Source: an uncultured Candidatus Saccharibacteria bacterium (GTDB lineage Bacteria; Patescibacteriota; CAZHWT01). Taken from it: a stretch of DNA of 64,000 nucleotides. The notes under the pieces were generated by a model that was not told the origin of the DNA, made no database searches, and worked only from the letters and a program-made list of their open reading frames with translations. Location of the stretch: the NCBI GenBank assembly GCA_964554805.1, contig CAZKPX010000001.1, positions 48,245 to 112,244 on the forward strand, written 5' to 3'. Positions 35,572 through 45,590 of the stretch are shown here, one piece after another (within the stretch, counting starts at the first letter, position 1; the number at the start of each line of letters is the position of its first letter). The translations under genes were made by a program, and so were the position numbers.

Positions 35572-36654
35572 CTACTTCGATTTAGTAGGTGTTTTCTTAA
35601 CTGGTGATTCTACGTGTGTTTCTATAGCTGCTATTGCAGAAGACTGATTATTAAAATGCTCAAGGATGGTAACAATCACTACAGCTACTGGTATGGCTAA
35701 CAATGCTCCCATTATTCCCATTAAGGCTGCACCGGCCAGGATGGCAACTAAGACGAAGAAGGGGTTTAAGCCAACAGCTTTTTGCATGACTTTGGGCACA
35801 ATCAGATTTGATTCGAGTTGCTGAACTACTACATAGAAGATGCTGGTGGCTATGGCCACTGCAGGACTAATAGTGAGGGCTACAACAATGGCAGGAATAG
35901 CCGCGATAATCGGACCGATAAGTGGTACTAGTTCAAGAATGCCAGCGATGATGGCTAACGGCAAGGCATAAGGTATCTGAAGCAAACTTAAACCAATCCA
36001 GGTAATTAAGCCAATAATTAATCCTAACAATAACTGTCCTCGGACCCAAGATCCAAGTCGATTTTCAATTTTTTCAATAATTGGCTTGATTGTTTGATAC
36101 CTTGTTTGACCAATAGTTAAGGACAATCCTTCATAGAGACGAGCTTTTTCGATCAAGATATAGAAACTGACGACAATGACCGTAATCAAAGCAAACAAAC
36201 CGCTAACTAAGCCTAGGCCGATTTGAAGGACGCTGCCTGAAAGAATTTCGGCTCGATCAGTCAAGAAATCGGTGGCGGCCTGCATAGATTGATTAATCTG
36301 ATCTTCATCGATTCCCTGGCCTACTAAAGCATCTATGGCTTGAGCGGTATAGGTGGGTAGATTGCGGACTAAGGCATCGACCTGGGTAATGAGCGGCGGC
36401 GCCAACATGAAGAATAGGGCAACAAAAAGTCCGGCTATGGCAACATAGGCAAAGAATAAGGAAATGACCTGGGGGACACGGAATCTCTTGAGATGAATAG
36501 CGAGTGGTTCTATGGCAGCCGTTAGAATAAAGGCGATGAATATGGTGATGATAATGTCTTTGAGTAACAGCGCTACCCACAGTGACACCAGCGTGGCTAT
36601 AACAAGCAGCAAGGATTTAATGCTAATTTCTACTTTGACGATTTGTTGTGACAT
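35572..36654 (-). CDS. AI-2E family transporter (UPF0118/PerM-like).
   Basis: 360 aa with about 8 TM segments and the typical AI-2E topology and motifs. Confidence 0.65.
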   Translation of the reverse strand: MSQQIVKVEISIKSLLLVIATLVSLWVALLLKDIIITIFIAFILTAAIEPLAIHLKRFRVPQVISLFFAYVAIAGLFVALFFMLAPPLITQVDALVRNLPTYTAQAIDALVGQGIDEDQINQSMQAATDFLTDRAEILSGSVLQIGLGLVSGLFALITVIVVSFYILIEKARLYEGLSLTIGQTRYQTIKPIIEKIENRLGSWVRGQLLLGLIIGLITWIGLSLLQIPYALPLAIIAGILELVPLIGPIIAAIPAIVVALTISPAVAIATSIFYVVVQQLESNLIVPKVMQKAVGLNPFFVLVAILAGAALMGIMGALLAIPVAVVIVTILEHFNNQSSAIAAIETHVESPVKKTPTKSK

Positions 36655-36686
36655 GACGGCATTATAACAGTGATAGTGGTTGGATG

Positions 36687-37670
36687 CTAGCTAGAGGCTG
36701 TTGGTTGATTGGGGTCAGTGGCCGTCGCGCAGGCTGATTGCAGCCGATCTAGCCAGTCAGATTGATCGACATCTATCCATTGGACGGGCTGCTTTTTAAA
36801 CCAGGTTTGCTGGCGACGGATGTAGTGGTGGGTGTGATGTTTGATTTGCTGCAGCGCCTGCTCTAGAGATATGTGCCCCTGAAGATGCTGAATAATTTCT
36901 TGGTAGCCGATGGTTTTGAAAGCCTGCAATTGAGGATCGTAGCGGTCAATGAGATTTTGGACTTCTTTTATTAAACCTTGGTCGACCATTTGATCGATAC
37001 GTCGGTCAACTTTGGCATGGAGATGCTGACGGGGCATCGTTAGGCCTATTAAGTGAAGACTGAGCGACGGGCGACGGGCGACGGGCGACGAGGGGGGTTG
37101 GGGGTTGGGTTGATGGTTGAGGATCTCAATAAGGCGGATCAGGCGGGCCGGGTTATGGCGATCGGAGTTGTTGAGTGTATTGGCTTTGGTGGGGTCTCGT
37201 TGTTGTAATTTTTCAAATAGTTGCAAGGTTGTTAGGCTGGATAGTTGTTGGCGCAATTGTTGGTCGGGGGGAATAGACATGGTCGCTACTTTACCTTGAA
37301 GTGCTTGAAGGTAAAATCCTGTACCGCCGACTATGAGCGGGCGCTGGCCACGCTGGTGAATTTCATCAAGAATGGTGGCGATTTGATGATGCCACTGAGC
37401 GATAGAAAATGGTTGATCGGGGGTTGTGAGATTTAAGCCATGAATACGAATGCCATCAATGACTAAGGTGGGGCGTTTGTTGATGTCATACCATTGACCT
37501 TTATCAACTTCTTTGCCAGTGCCGATATCCATGCCCCGATATAGCTGTCGACTGTCGGCAGACACTAATTCTAGACTATTTTGCTTGGCCAAATTGATAG
37601 CAGCAGAGGTTTTGCCAACACCGGTTGGTCCTACAATAGCTATGACGGCTTGTTGTTCGAGCTGGGTCAT
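36687..37670 (-). CDS. miaA: tRNA dimethylallyltransferase.
   Basis: IAIVGPTGVGKTSAAINLA...ELVSADSRQLYRGMDIGTGK. It contains a low-complexity insert encoded by (GCGACGG)x4 at 37057-37090. Confidence 0.85.
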   Translation of the reverse strand: MTQLEQQAVIAIVGPTGVGKTSAAINLAKQNSLELVSADSRQLYRGMDIGTGKEVDKGQWYDINKRPTLVIDGIRIHGLNLTTPDQPFSIAQWHHQIATILDEIHQRGQRPLIVGGTGFYLQALQGKVATMSIPPDQQLRQQLSSLTTLQLFEKLQQRDPTKANTLNNSDRHNPARLIRLIEILNHQPNPQPPSSPVARRPSLSLHLIGLTMPRQHLHAKVDRRIDQMVDQGLIKEVQNLIDRYDPQLQAFKTIGYQEIIQHLQGHISLEQALQQIKHHTHHYIRRQQTWFKKQPVQWIDVDQSDWLDRLQSACATATDPNQPTASS

Positions 37671-37790
37671 GGGCGGATTATACTTCTTCCAATCAAGATT
37701 GTCTGTATCTATACAATCTTATAGCCATATAATCTACGTGAATTATTTATCATTGACTGAACCGGGTAGATTGCGTTACAAGGAAGTAGG

Positions 37791-38561
37791 TTGGATGAGA
37801 CAACAGGAGGAGTTGAGATGGCAACTGCAGTTTACTTGTCAAAGGCTGTCTGTGTTTGGCATGTCCGCACTTGGCGGTACGTTGTTGAGCGATGTCCTTT
37901 GTTGATGATTTGGCTCGTCAAGCTTTCGATCGGCCTGCTAATCTTGCCGGTGGCCAATTTATGCCTCCACCAGCTACTGGTGCATTATTGGGTATGGGAA
38001 GTGGGGTTTTTGGATAGTTGGAGCTTGAGCTTCACTATTCTGGTTGGCGATAGTCTGCTAGTGATCGGCTCCACGCAAGCTGCAACAGCTTCGCTTCGTG
38101 CCTATAGAAAGGGATGCAAGCTATGGCCGGATTGGTTAAAACAGCCGATAAGCGTGCTGGTTGCGATTGTCGCAAGCGGCTGCTTGGTGGCGAAATGGAT
38201 CTTTGATATTAACGGAAGGCCGATCAACGAACAAACCACTCATCACTACGCTTGGATCTATGACGCCTTTCACCTGACAGCAGCTACCTTAACTGCCGTC
38301 ATCTTGCTGTATGGCGGGTTGGCGCTGATGTGGCTGGCGGCGAAAAGGCAGGCTGACAGATTTGTGTGGGTGTCTTTGTTGATCATGGTGCTAACAATCG
38401 GCAGCTATTTTGCCATTGTTGCTCAAGACCATCCAGCAGTCCGCTTCAAGACAGGCGTGGTTGTAGAGACGTCACCCAATTGGCCTGCCAAGCTGTTCAG
38501 CCAGTCCGATGACCTGATGGTTGAAGTCCAAGAAGATGCCGGAAGTGCGGATGGAGGTTAA
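37791..38561 (+). CDS. Polytopic membrane protein, uncharacterized.
   Basis: 256 aa with several TM helices. Confidence 0.45.
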   Translation: MDETTGGVEMATAVYLSKAVCVWHVRTWRYVVERCPLLMIWLVKLSIGLLILPVANLCLHQLLVHYWVWEVGFLDSWSLSFTILVGDSLLVIGSTQAATASLRAYRKGCKLWPDWLKQPISVLVAIVASGCLVAKWIFDINGRPINEQTTHHYAWIYDAFHLTAATLTAVILLYGGLALMWLAAKRQADRFVWVSLLIMVLTIGSYFAIVAQDHPAVRFKTGVVVETSPNWPAKLFSQSDDLMVEVQEDAGSADGG

Positions 38562-38574
38562 TCAAGGAGGAGTC

Positions 38575-39786
38575 ATGGGGATTGTGAGTATCATTCACAA
38601 TCCCCTTTCACAATTCCCTTTTCATAATTACTCGTTTAGCCTGGATGATTTGGGCAACTTCTGCCATACTGGTATCATGCCTGAACATTCTTTGCCATCT
38701 CATAAGACCACAGAGCCTAGCCCTCAACCCTCCTCGGAAAGCTTTGCTGCTCGTAGTAACAATCTATCTCAACCAGCATGGATTGGCTATGTCGGAAACG
38801 TATTTACCAAAATCTTCGGCTGGTTGTCGAAGGCTTGGTCTGTCGCTGCTTATGCTATCGGATCGTTTGTCCTAGTTGTTATCGGACTGATTGTATTGAC
38901 CGTCTGGCTGAGCGGTAATGCAAGCGGCCAAGTTAGCAATGAAGTCTATGTTTCGGGAAGTGGGATGGATAAGATTGCGATTATTGATTTGCAGGGTATC
39001 GTGGGCGGGAGTACTGGTGGTGTTTTGGAAGCGCCGAGTGGTATATCTACCGAAACTGTTCGAACAAGTCTTGATCAAGCTGACAATGACTCATTGGTCA
39101 AAGCAGTGATCTTGAGAATCAACACTCCAGGCGGATCGGCGGTGGTGTCTGATGAGATTTTTGAGCTGATTAAGGCTTTTAAAGCTGGCGCTAACAAACC
39201 CGTGGTAGCCAGTTTTGGCGACATAGCTGCTTCTGGAGGATATTACATTGGTGCAGCGGCCGATAAGATAGTGGCCAATCCGGCGACTATTACCGGATCT
39301 ATCGGGGTGATTATGGAGTATTACAATGCATCTGGGTTGATGGAGAAAATTGGTGTAAGCAGTGAGGTCGTCAAGAGTGGCTCGCTGAAAGATATGGGCT
39401 CATTGAGCCGAGAGGCAACCGTTGAGGAGCGAGCCATTTTGCAGTCGGTTGTAGATGGCGCCTATACGCAATTTGTAGATCGAGTAGCTAGCGGTCGCGG
39501 CATGGAGCGGCAGGCAGTGTTGAATTTGGCTGATGGACGAATTTATACAGGTAGTCAGGCTAAGGACAATGGACTGGTGGATGAGGTGGGGAATTTGGAT
39601 AAAGCTGTATCGATGAGCATGGATTTGGCTGACATTGGTGAAGCGACGGTGGTTCGCTATAACAGTGGAAGCTGGTGGGAGAGTCTGTTGAGCACGGCAA
39701 GTAAACTGTCGCCGTGGTATGGGGTGTCTGAGTTGACTCAGGATTATGGGTTGAAAGGTCAGTTGCAGTATTTGTGGAAGCTTTAA
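38575..39786 (+). CDS. sppA: Signal peptide peptidase SppA (36K type).
   Basis: N-terminal TM anchor and ClpP/crotonase-fold motifs (IAIIDLQGIVGG; SFGDIAASGGYYIGAAADKIVANPATITGSIGV). Start set at ATG 38575 with an AAGGAGG SD. The track ORF starts at 38521, overlapping the upstream gene. Confidence 0.8.
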   Translation: MGIVSIIHNPLSQFPFHNYSFSLDDLGNFCHTGIMPEHSLPSHKTTEPSPQPSSESFAARSNNLSQPAWIGYVGNVFTKIFGWLSKAWSVAAYAIGSFVLVVIGLIVLTVWLSGNASGQVSNEVYVSGSGMDKIAIIDLQGIVGGSTGGVLEAPSGISTETVRTSLDQADNDSLVKAVILRINTPGGSAVVSDEIFELIKAFKAGANKPVVASFGDIAASGGYYIGAAADKIVANPATITGSIGVIMEYYNASGLMEKIGVSSEVVKSGSLKDMGSLSREATVEERAILQSVVDGAYTQFVDRVASGRGMERQAVLNLADGRIYTGSQAKDNGLVDEVGNLDKAVSMSMDLADIGEATVVRYNSGSWWESLLSTASKLSPWYGVSELTQDYGLKGQLQYLWKL

Positions 39787-39850
39787 AGCGAAGCTCTTTG
39801 GATGCGGCAAGGTAGGTTGCCTCAAATACAGATGGCTTAAAAACGTTGAC

Positions 39851-39878
39851 GGCGAGGGTCACATGGGTGACCCTCGCC
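39851..39878 (+). terminator. Terminator hairpin after sppA.
   Basis: GGCGAGGGTCAC-atg-GGTGACCCTCGCC, with a weak U-tract. Confidence 0.45.
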
Positions 39879-39913
39879 TATGAGTGTTCTCTCGCTCTTG
39901 TTGCCCAAGCGAT

Positions 39914-40213
39914 CTAGGCGTCCGGGAAGAAACTCCGGACATCAGCCTGGGTGTATCGGACACCGGCGGGCGAGGTGCAGACGATCTGCTGCTGGCGGAG
40001 ATGTGCCGCAAACAGCATAGGGCAATCGTTTCTGCGCGCTCGGACTGCGAGCCGATTGGCTCGATCCCAGCGTCGGCGCTGAGCACGCTCGTTCCGCAGA
40101 ACTTCCTGCTGCTTTGTTGAAACGGTTTGAACCTTGGTCATAGTGACCTGGTCTCCGTTCCTGACGACAGGGAAGTTGTGCTTCGAGACATTCCGACGGG
40201 TCTTCTCACTCAT
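39914..40213 (-). CDS. Questionable ORF in a GC-rich, compositionally atypical segment.
   Basis: 99 aa, Arg-rich, with no recognisable domain. The segment 39880-40430 has higher GC than its flanks. Confidence 0.2.
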   Translation of the reverse strand: MSEKTRRNVSKHNFPVVRNGDQVTMTKVQTVSTKQQEVLRNERAQRRRWDRANRLAVRARRNDCPMLFAAHLRQQQIVCTSPAGVRYTQADVRSFFPDA

Positions 40214-40432
40214 GGAATTTGCTCCAATGAACGAACTACCGACGTCACCGCAAGGCGCGATGCGTTTATTTATTATATCAAAAACATCTATTCCGTGTCA
40301 AACTATGGGCTTCTCTTGTCATGAGTGCCCTGGTAGCAGTGTTATTGTGACGCCTATCCGAAGGAATCCATTGAGGTTTCGGACAGATCACTGCCTTGCT
40401 GGGTAGCGGATCGTAGGGAGGTTCGGAGAGGA

Positions 40433-41254
40433 TTAGTCTATCTTGCCTGTTTTAGGATTGGGCATGAGGCGTTGGTCTAGGCGTTTGATGTCGGTGGAGT
40501 TGCCTTGGGCGTCGGTGGTGATGAGGACTGAGCGGAAATCGACCGGGCCTTCTTCTTCGGTTTCGAATTTGTGGGGAGTGGACTTCATTTGGAGAGAAAT
40601 GATGGTAGCTGATTTGACGCCGAGAACGCTATGGAATGGGCCGGTCATGCCGATGTCTGCGACGAAGGCCGTTCCTTGTTCCAATAAGCCTTGATCGGCA
40701 GTTGGCACATGGGTATGAGTACCGACAACAGCGGAGACGCGGCCATCAAGATACCAGCCGAGGGCTACTTTTTCTGAGGTAGCTTCGGCGTGGACATCTA
40801 CCAGGATGGTTGGATACTCATCTCTGGGATACTTTTCTAAAATTGAGTCGATAACACGGAACGGATCATCGACGAGATCACGCATGAAGACTCGGCCTTG
40901 AAGGTTGATAATCAAGACCTTGCCTTTGGCGCCGAGGTCGATGGTGTCGAAGCCTTTGGCTGGAGCGCCTGGTGGATAGTTGGCGGGGCGGATGACGGCG
41001 TATTGACCTTGGTCGATCAGCTCGACGGTGTCTCGGAATTTCCAGAAGTGGTCGCCGGAGGTGAAGAAATCTACGCCTGAGCCAAACATCAGGTCAAGAC
41101 CGTGATCGGAAGCGCCGCGTCCGGTGGATGATAAGTTGTCGGCGTTGGCTACAACTAGGTCGATATTGTGTTCTTTGCGTAGACCGGGCAAGAGCTTCAT
41201 AACTGCTTTGCGGCCTGGATTTCCAACGATGTCACCGATGTAGAGGATGTTCAT
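40433..41254 (-). CDS. ymdB: YmdB-like metallophosphoesterase (TIGR00282 family, 2',3'-cNMP phosphodiesterase).
   Basis: MNILYIGDIVGNPGR...GDHFW...VGTHTHVPTAD. Start set at Met-11 of the track ORF. Confidence 0.75.
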   Translation of the reverse strand: MNILYIGDIVGNPGRKAVMKLLPGLRKEHNIDLVVANADNLSSTGRGASDHGLDLMFGSGVDFFTSGDHFWKFRDTVELIDQGQYAVIRPANYPPGAPAKGFDTIDLGAKGKVLIINLQGRVFMRDLVDDPFRVIDSILEKYPRDEYPTILVDVHAEATSEKVALGWYLDGRVSAVVGTHTHVPTADQGLLEQGTAFVADIGMTGPFHSVLGVKSATIISLQMKSTPHKFETEEEGPVDFRSVLITTDAQGNSTDIKRLDQRLMPNPKTGKID

Positions 41255-41325
41255 AAAAATCTTTCTAGGTAATTGTGGCTGCATTATATCAGACAGATGG
41301 CGCAGTGCTGCTAATTTACTTTTTG

Positions 41326-41401
41326 TGTCATTCTGAGCCTAGCGAAGAATCTTGTGTTGGTCTCATAAACTATCTAGATCCTTCGTCTTCGCTCAGGATG
41401 A
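41326..41401. repeat. Imperfect inverted-repeat element (about 25-bp arms, 25-bp spacer), possibly a MITE or insertion scar.
   Basis: Left arm gtcattctgagcctagcgaagaatc. The right arm's reverse complement is gtcatcctgagcgaagacgaaggatc. It lies between ymdB and the GIY-YIG gene. Confidence 0.5.
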
Positions 41402-41442
41402 CTAAAAGATTATGTCAGGTTTATGCCTAGAAGTATGTCTTT

Positions 41443-41763
41443 TTAACCAACATTTAAATCTTGCCACTCGGGGTTGACTGATGCTATAAGATTCTCCTTT
41501 TTCTGCCTTGTCCAGCCTTTTAATTTTTTCTCTGCAACAATAGCTTCTAAAGGTGAGTTGAATGCTTGCGCATAGACTAGAGTTTTAGTTTTATATTTTT
41601 TAGTGAACCCTTCAACTAATCCTAACCGATGTTCCTCGACTCTTCGAAAAAGATTATTTGTTACACCAATATACAGAACTGTCTTAGTTTTATTGGTGAG
41701 TATATAAACATAATAATTGCTCATATAGTTAAGATTCTTCACTTTGCTTAGAGTGATATCCAA
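41443..41763 (-). CDS. GIY-YIG nuclease superfamily protein (UPF0213/YhbQ-like).
   Basis: YYVYILTNKTKTVLYIGVTNNLFRRVEEH. The probable start is ATG 41724; the track ORF starts at TTG 41763. Confidence 0.7.
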   Translation of the reverse strand: MDITLSKVKNLNYMSNYYVYILTNKTKTVLYIGVTNNLFRRVEEHRLGLVEGFTKKYKTKTLVYAQAFNSPLEAIVAEKKLKGWTRQKKENLIASVNPEWQDLNVG

Positions 41764-41832
41764 TATCTACGGGCAAATACATCCTCTAGCTGCTCTCAGA
41801 GTGACATAGTGTAATTTTTATACGTGACTGCA

Positions 41833-43350
41833 CTATTTAGCAATATCGTGGGCGCGGGTTTCTCTGATGACTGTGACTTTGACTTGGCCTGGGTAGGTGA
41901 CACTGTCGTGGATTTTTTCGGCTACATCATGAGCGAGAACTACCATGGCGGAGTCGTCGATATCTTCTGGCTTAACGATAACACGGACTTCGCGGCCGGC
42001 TTGGATAGCATAGGCTTTGTCGACACCGTAGAAGTTGATGGCTACATTTTCGATATCTTTGAGACGCTTTATATAATCTTCGACACTTTCATGACGCGCA
42101 CCTGGTCTCGAGCCTGAAATGGCATCAGCAATATAGGCCAGTACTGATTCCATGGAAGAGAAGGGCTTATCTTCATGATGTTCGGCGATAATATTAACAA
42201 CGGCTTCGGGGAAACCCATCTTTTGAGCAAATTTGACGCCCAGCTCAATATGAGTTCCTTCTTCGTCGGTGAAGACTTTGCCAATATCGTGCAATAGTCC
42301 ACCTAGGCGAACAGTGTTTACATCAGCGCCGAGTTCTCGGGCTAAGGCCATACCAATCTTGGTTTCTTCAAGAGTATGAATTAACATGTTCTGGCCGTAG
42401 GAGAAGCGGTATTTAAACTTACCGAGCGCCTCAACTACTTCGCGAGGCAGGTTGTACGCACCAACATCATGGGCTAGTTTTTCGCCTGACTCACGGATGA
42501 TTTTGTCTACTTCTTTGGACTTCTTAGACACCACCTCTTCGATACGAGTCGGCTGGATGCGACCATCTTTCATTAGTTCTTCTAAAGAAAGTCGGGCAAT
42601 TTCTCGACGGACACCATCAAAACTTGACAGGCGAATCATGCCTGGCGATTCATCAATATCAACATCTACACCAGTCGCCATCTCAAAGGCTTTAATGTTT
42701 CGACCTTCTTTGCCGATGATACGACCTTTGGCTTCGTCATCGGGCAGCTTAACCATTGAGGTAGTATATTCGGCGACATAATCAGTTGCACCATGCTTCA
42801 TGGCATCGACCAAGATATCTTTGGCCTTGGTATCAATATTGTCGCGAATCGATGATTCTACATCTCTAATTCGGCGAGCTTTTTCGTCTTTCAGTCTCTC
42901 CTCAAGCGTATCCAGGATGAGTTTTTTGGCTTCTTCTTGGCTCATTTTAGCGACTTTTTCTAGTCGATCTAATTGCTGAGTTTTAACTTCTTCAATTTGC
43001 TTCAGCTTGGCCGTCAGCTCATTTTGCTGACCAAGAAGGTCTTGAGACTGTTTTTCTAAATTGCCAGCTTGAACGTCTAAAGCTTCCTGCTTTTTCTGAA
43101 CTTGGCGCTCTAGATTCAACACTTCCTGGTGTTGTTTCCGAGTTTCATCCTCGGCTTGATGCTTAATTTTAAGCGCTTCGTCTTTGGCTTCTAAGAGAAT
43201 CTCTCGAGCTTGCGCTTCGGCTTCAGATATGCCCATCGGGCTATCTGCGCCTTTACTGCCACCTAATTTATGGCGGTTGAAGTATACATAGGTAACAACA
43301 CCTGCTCCAATCGCTCCGAGCAGGAGATATAACAACGTTTCTGTTTGCAT
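41833..43350 (-). CDS. rny: Ribonuclease Y.
   Basis: N-terminal TM segment, coiled coil, KH domain and HD domain (HSLEVA-like ...LLHDIGK). Confidence 0.85.
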   Translation of the reverse strand: MQTETLLYLLLGAIGAGVVTYVYFNRHKLGGSKGADSPMGISEAEAQAREILLEAKDEALKIKHQAEDETRKQHQEVLNLERQVQKKQEALDVQAGNLEKQSQDLLGQQNELTAKLKQIEEVKTQQLDRLEKVAKMSQEEAKKLILDTLEERLKDEKARRIRDVESSIRDNIDTKAKDILVDAMKHGATDYVAEYTTSMVKLPDDEAKGRIIGKEGRNIKAFEMATGVDVDIDESPGMIRLSSFDGVRREIARLSLEELMKDGRIQPTRIEEVVSKKSKEVDKIIRESGEKLAHDVGAYNLPREVVEALGKFKYRFSYGQNMLIHTLEETKIGMALARELGADVNTVRLGGLLHDIGKVFTDEEGTHIELGVKFAQKMGFPEAVVNIIAEHHEDKPFSSMESVLAYIADAISGSRPGARHESVEDYIKRLKDIENVAINFYGVDKAYAIQAGREVRVIVKPEDIDDSAMVVLAHDVAEKIHDSVTYPGQVKVTVIRETRAHDIAK

Positions 43351-43379
43351 GGTGACATTCCTTGTCTAGTCATGGGGCT

Positions 43380-43412
43380 ATTATACCAGAAAACCTCTGA
43401 TAATTCAGGGTT
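43380..43412 (-). promoter_or_regulatory. Candidate rny promoter with an extended -10.
   Basis: The minus strand reads ...ctgaattatcagaggttttc-TGgTATAAT about 29 nt before the ATG, with an AAGGA SD. Confidence 0.4.
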
Positions 43413-43517
43413 TTGGTAAGAAAATATCAGAGATGGCGAGTGATGGCTTTAAGCGAATAGTTTATGGGGCTCGAATGCTGTGCAGAACTGAGCGATAGGG
43501 AAACACATCAACACTGT

Positions 43518-44264
43518 TTATATATCGTTGTCATCAGTATGATTGCCTATTTCGGTCCACACTTTGGCGATTGTATCCCAATCATAGCCCTTAGAAGCCA
43601 AGAATCGGTAAATGCTTTGTTTTTGCTGATCTGGCGTTTTATTGGCGTATTTTTTGATTTGCTTGCGGGCTAAAGCCAAGGCGTCTGACTGCTCGTCATA
43701 GACTTCGTTGCTACTAGCCTGGTGGGTGTCGCTAAAATGGCCCTGCATATTAGGCGTAGTTACTGCACGTTGAATATCTCCGTCCGAGACTCCTTTGCCT
43801 TTTAGCTCTGCCAGTAGCAAGCGTGCTCCCCTGGGCTTGAAAGTGCGTCGATTATCAATCCACCACTTAGCAAAGGCGACATCGTCAAGATAGCCGTCCT
43901 TGGTTAGTTTGGTAACTATTTGGTCAATATCTGACTGCTGCTGCTCAATGAAGGCCGGCTGATCAGCAGATGCCATGGTTGGCCAGTCCGGATGCTTATA
44001 TATCAACTTTTGACGCAGGTATTGGCTGACTTCTTTGGTTGAATGCGGTCGCCCAGAAAGATAGGTTAGCGCTTTGGAATAGGCTCGTTGAAAGTTATCG
44101 GCATGTCGCAACTTATTGAGCAGTGCTTGATCCACGGCTTGACCGACTTTGAGGTGGAATTCCCAGACCAAATCGATATACAGCCCCATAGCAAAGGCAT
44201 TGTCTACCATCAGGTTGACGCGATTTGGATCCTTTTGCTGTTGCTCGATGGCGGTGAGTGTCAT
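43518..44264 (-). CDS. recX: RecX-like regulatory protein.
   Basis: Three-helix repeats typical of RecX (LSGRPHSTKEVSQYLRQK...; YLDDVAFAKWWIDNR...). Confidence 0.55.
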   Translation of the reverse strand: MTLTAIEQQQKDPNRVNLMVDNAFAMGLYIDLVWEFHLKVGQAVDQALLNKLRHADNFQRAYSKALTYLSGRPHSTKEVSQYLRQKLIYKHPDWPTMASADQPAFIEQQQSDIDQIVTKLTKDGYLDDVAFAKWWIDNRRTFKPRGARLLLAELKGKGVSDGDIQRAVTTPNMQGHFSDTHQASSNEVYDEQSDALALARKQIKKYANKTPDQQKQSIYRFLASKGYDWDTIAKVWTEIGNHTDDNDI

Positions 44265-44552
44265 GCATGTATAGTAAACGCCCTGGAGCTGGAGGTAAAC
44301 AAGCAGGAATAGCCTGGGTTTTATGGCCTAGCAGGCAATGAACGGTAATGAATACTAGTCGACTGTACCAATTATCAACCAGGCGTTCAGAGATAGACTT
44401 ATCCACACTACTCATGAACACAGAGTTCTATCTGAGTTAAGTGGTATATGTGACTATCATTTTTAATCACCAGTGTGTTTGGAATTGAATCTGCTAATAA
44501 GATAGTCCATGATGAATACATCCTAAGTTTTACATAAGAACTTTTTTGAAGA

Positions 44553-45062
44553 TTGCCTATGTATATCGCCACTGCCCTGGCTCAAACCGCCCCATATCGT
44601 CCCACAGTTATAGAGAGTTGCCCTTTGTTGGCTCCTAATCAGCGATTTGAGCTGCTTCATTTACATTTACAACAAGACTCTACCGAAGCAGTATTTTTGG
44701 CTCGCCATGATAGCCTAATGACTAGTCAGTTCCCTGGTTTTGAAAAGCGCCTTCTTAATCTTCTTCCTGAACTCCTCGATAATGTTCAATGTTTTAATGG
44801 TTGTGGACACAACTTTGCCACTGAAATGCTAGCCACTGAGATTGGTCATTTATACGAGCATATTTGGCTAGAAGTTCTCTGTTGCGAAAAGCTGAAGTCG
44901 GCCACTGTGGCTAGCTATAGCGGCGAGACTTGCTGGAATTGGCATCAAGACCCGCTTGGCATGTTTAGAATCAGCATTACGGCTGGCATAGAGGATAAAG
45001 AATTGATAGAGCGCTCGGCATGGATTAGCTCAGTTATACTCCAGAAGTGCTTGGATGATTAG
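44553..45062 (+). CDS. Hypothetical protein.
   Basis: 169 aa with several Cys/His residues. No confident family. Confidence 0.35.
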   Translation: MPMYIATALAQTAPYRPTVIESCPLLAPNQRFELLHLHLQQDSTEAVFLARHDSLMTSQFPGFEKRLLNLLPELLDNVQCFNGCGHNFATEMLATEIGHLYEHIWLEVLCCEKLKSATVASYSGETCWNWHQDPLGMFRISITAGIEDKELIERSAWISSVILQKCLDD

Positions 45063-45141
45063 AAGATTTTTAATATGCCCAGCGAGCCGGTGCGGATGCA
45101 TGACCGGTGACGATATTTCATCAAAGCCTGTCTTTTTTGGC

Positions 45142-45170
45142 TTGACAGTGGTAAATATTGCTGATAGTCT
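45142..45170 (+). promoter_or_regulatory. hup promoter TTGACA-17-TAGTCT.
   Basis: TTGACA at 45142-45147 and TAGTCT at 45165-45170. An AAGGAGGTG SD precedes the GTG start. Confidence 0.5.
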
Positions 45171-45232
45171 GATATAAATAAAGACTATTTTTTGTAGACT
45201 GCCCCTCTATATATACAAGGAGGTGAACCCCT

Positions 45233-45505
45233 GTGACTAAGTCAGAATTAATTGAGGTTGTTGCTAAAGAAGCTAAGCTAACTAAGAAGGCTGCCAAAGA
45301 AGCTATTGAAGCTACCACCACGGCTATTGAAAAATCTTTAGCTAAGGGAGAAAAAGTAACCGTAACCGGATTTGGCACTTTTGTGGTACGCAAACGAGCT
45401 ACCCGCAAAGGCCGCAATCCACAGACCGGTGAAGCTATGCAGATCCCTGCTACAAAAACTCCCGCCTTTATTGCTGGTACCAGCATGAAGATCCGCGTTA
45501 AGTAA
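45233..45505 (+). CDS. hup: DNA-binding protein HU.
   Basis: MTKSELIEVVAKEAKLTKK...GFGTFVVRKRATRKGRNPQTGEAMQIPA. The start is GTG. Confidence 0.85.
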   Translation: MTKSELIEVVAKEAKLTKKAAKEAIEATTTAIEKSLAKGEKVTVTGFGTFVVRKRATRKGRNPQTGEAMQIPATKTPAFIAGTSMKIRVK

Positions 45506-45525
45506 CGTATTCTTGTTATCATACT

Positions 45526-45560
45526 AAAAACCCCGACTAGCTCCCTAGTCGGGGTTTTTG
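45526..45560. terminator. Bidirectional terminator for hup and the convergent recA.
   Basis: AAAAA-CCCCGACTAG-ctcc-CTAGTCGGGG-TTTTT. Confidence 0.6.
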
Positions 45561-45590
45561 CTTTATTAGACCAAACAAAGTTTTATTACT

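Noticed and set aside
44553-45062. AlaX-like editing protein call for the 169-aa ORF, based on HxxxH and CxxxH motifs.
   Set aside because: The spacing between the two motifs is about 27 aa, whereas AlaX/ThrRS-N2 domains have about 100 aa. It is kept as hypothetical.
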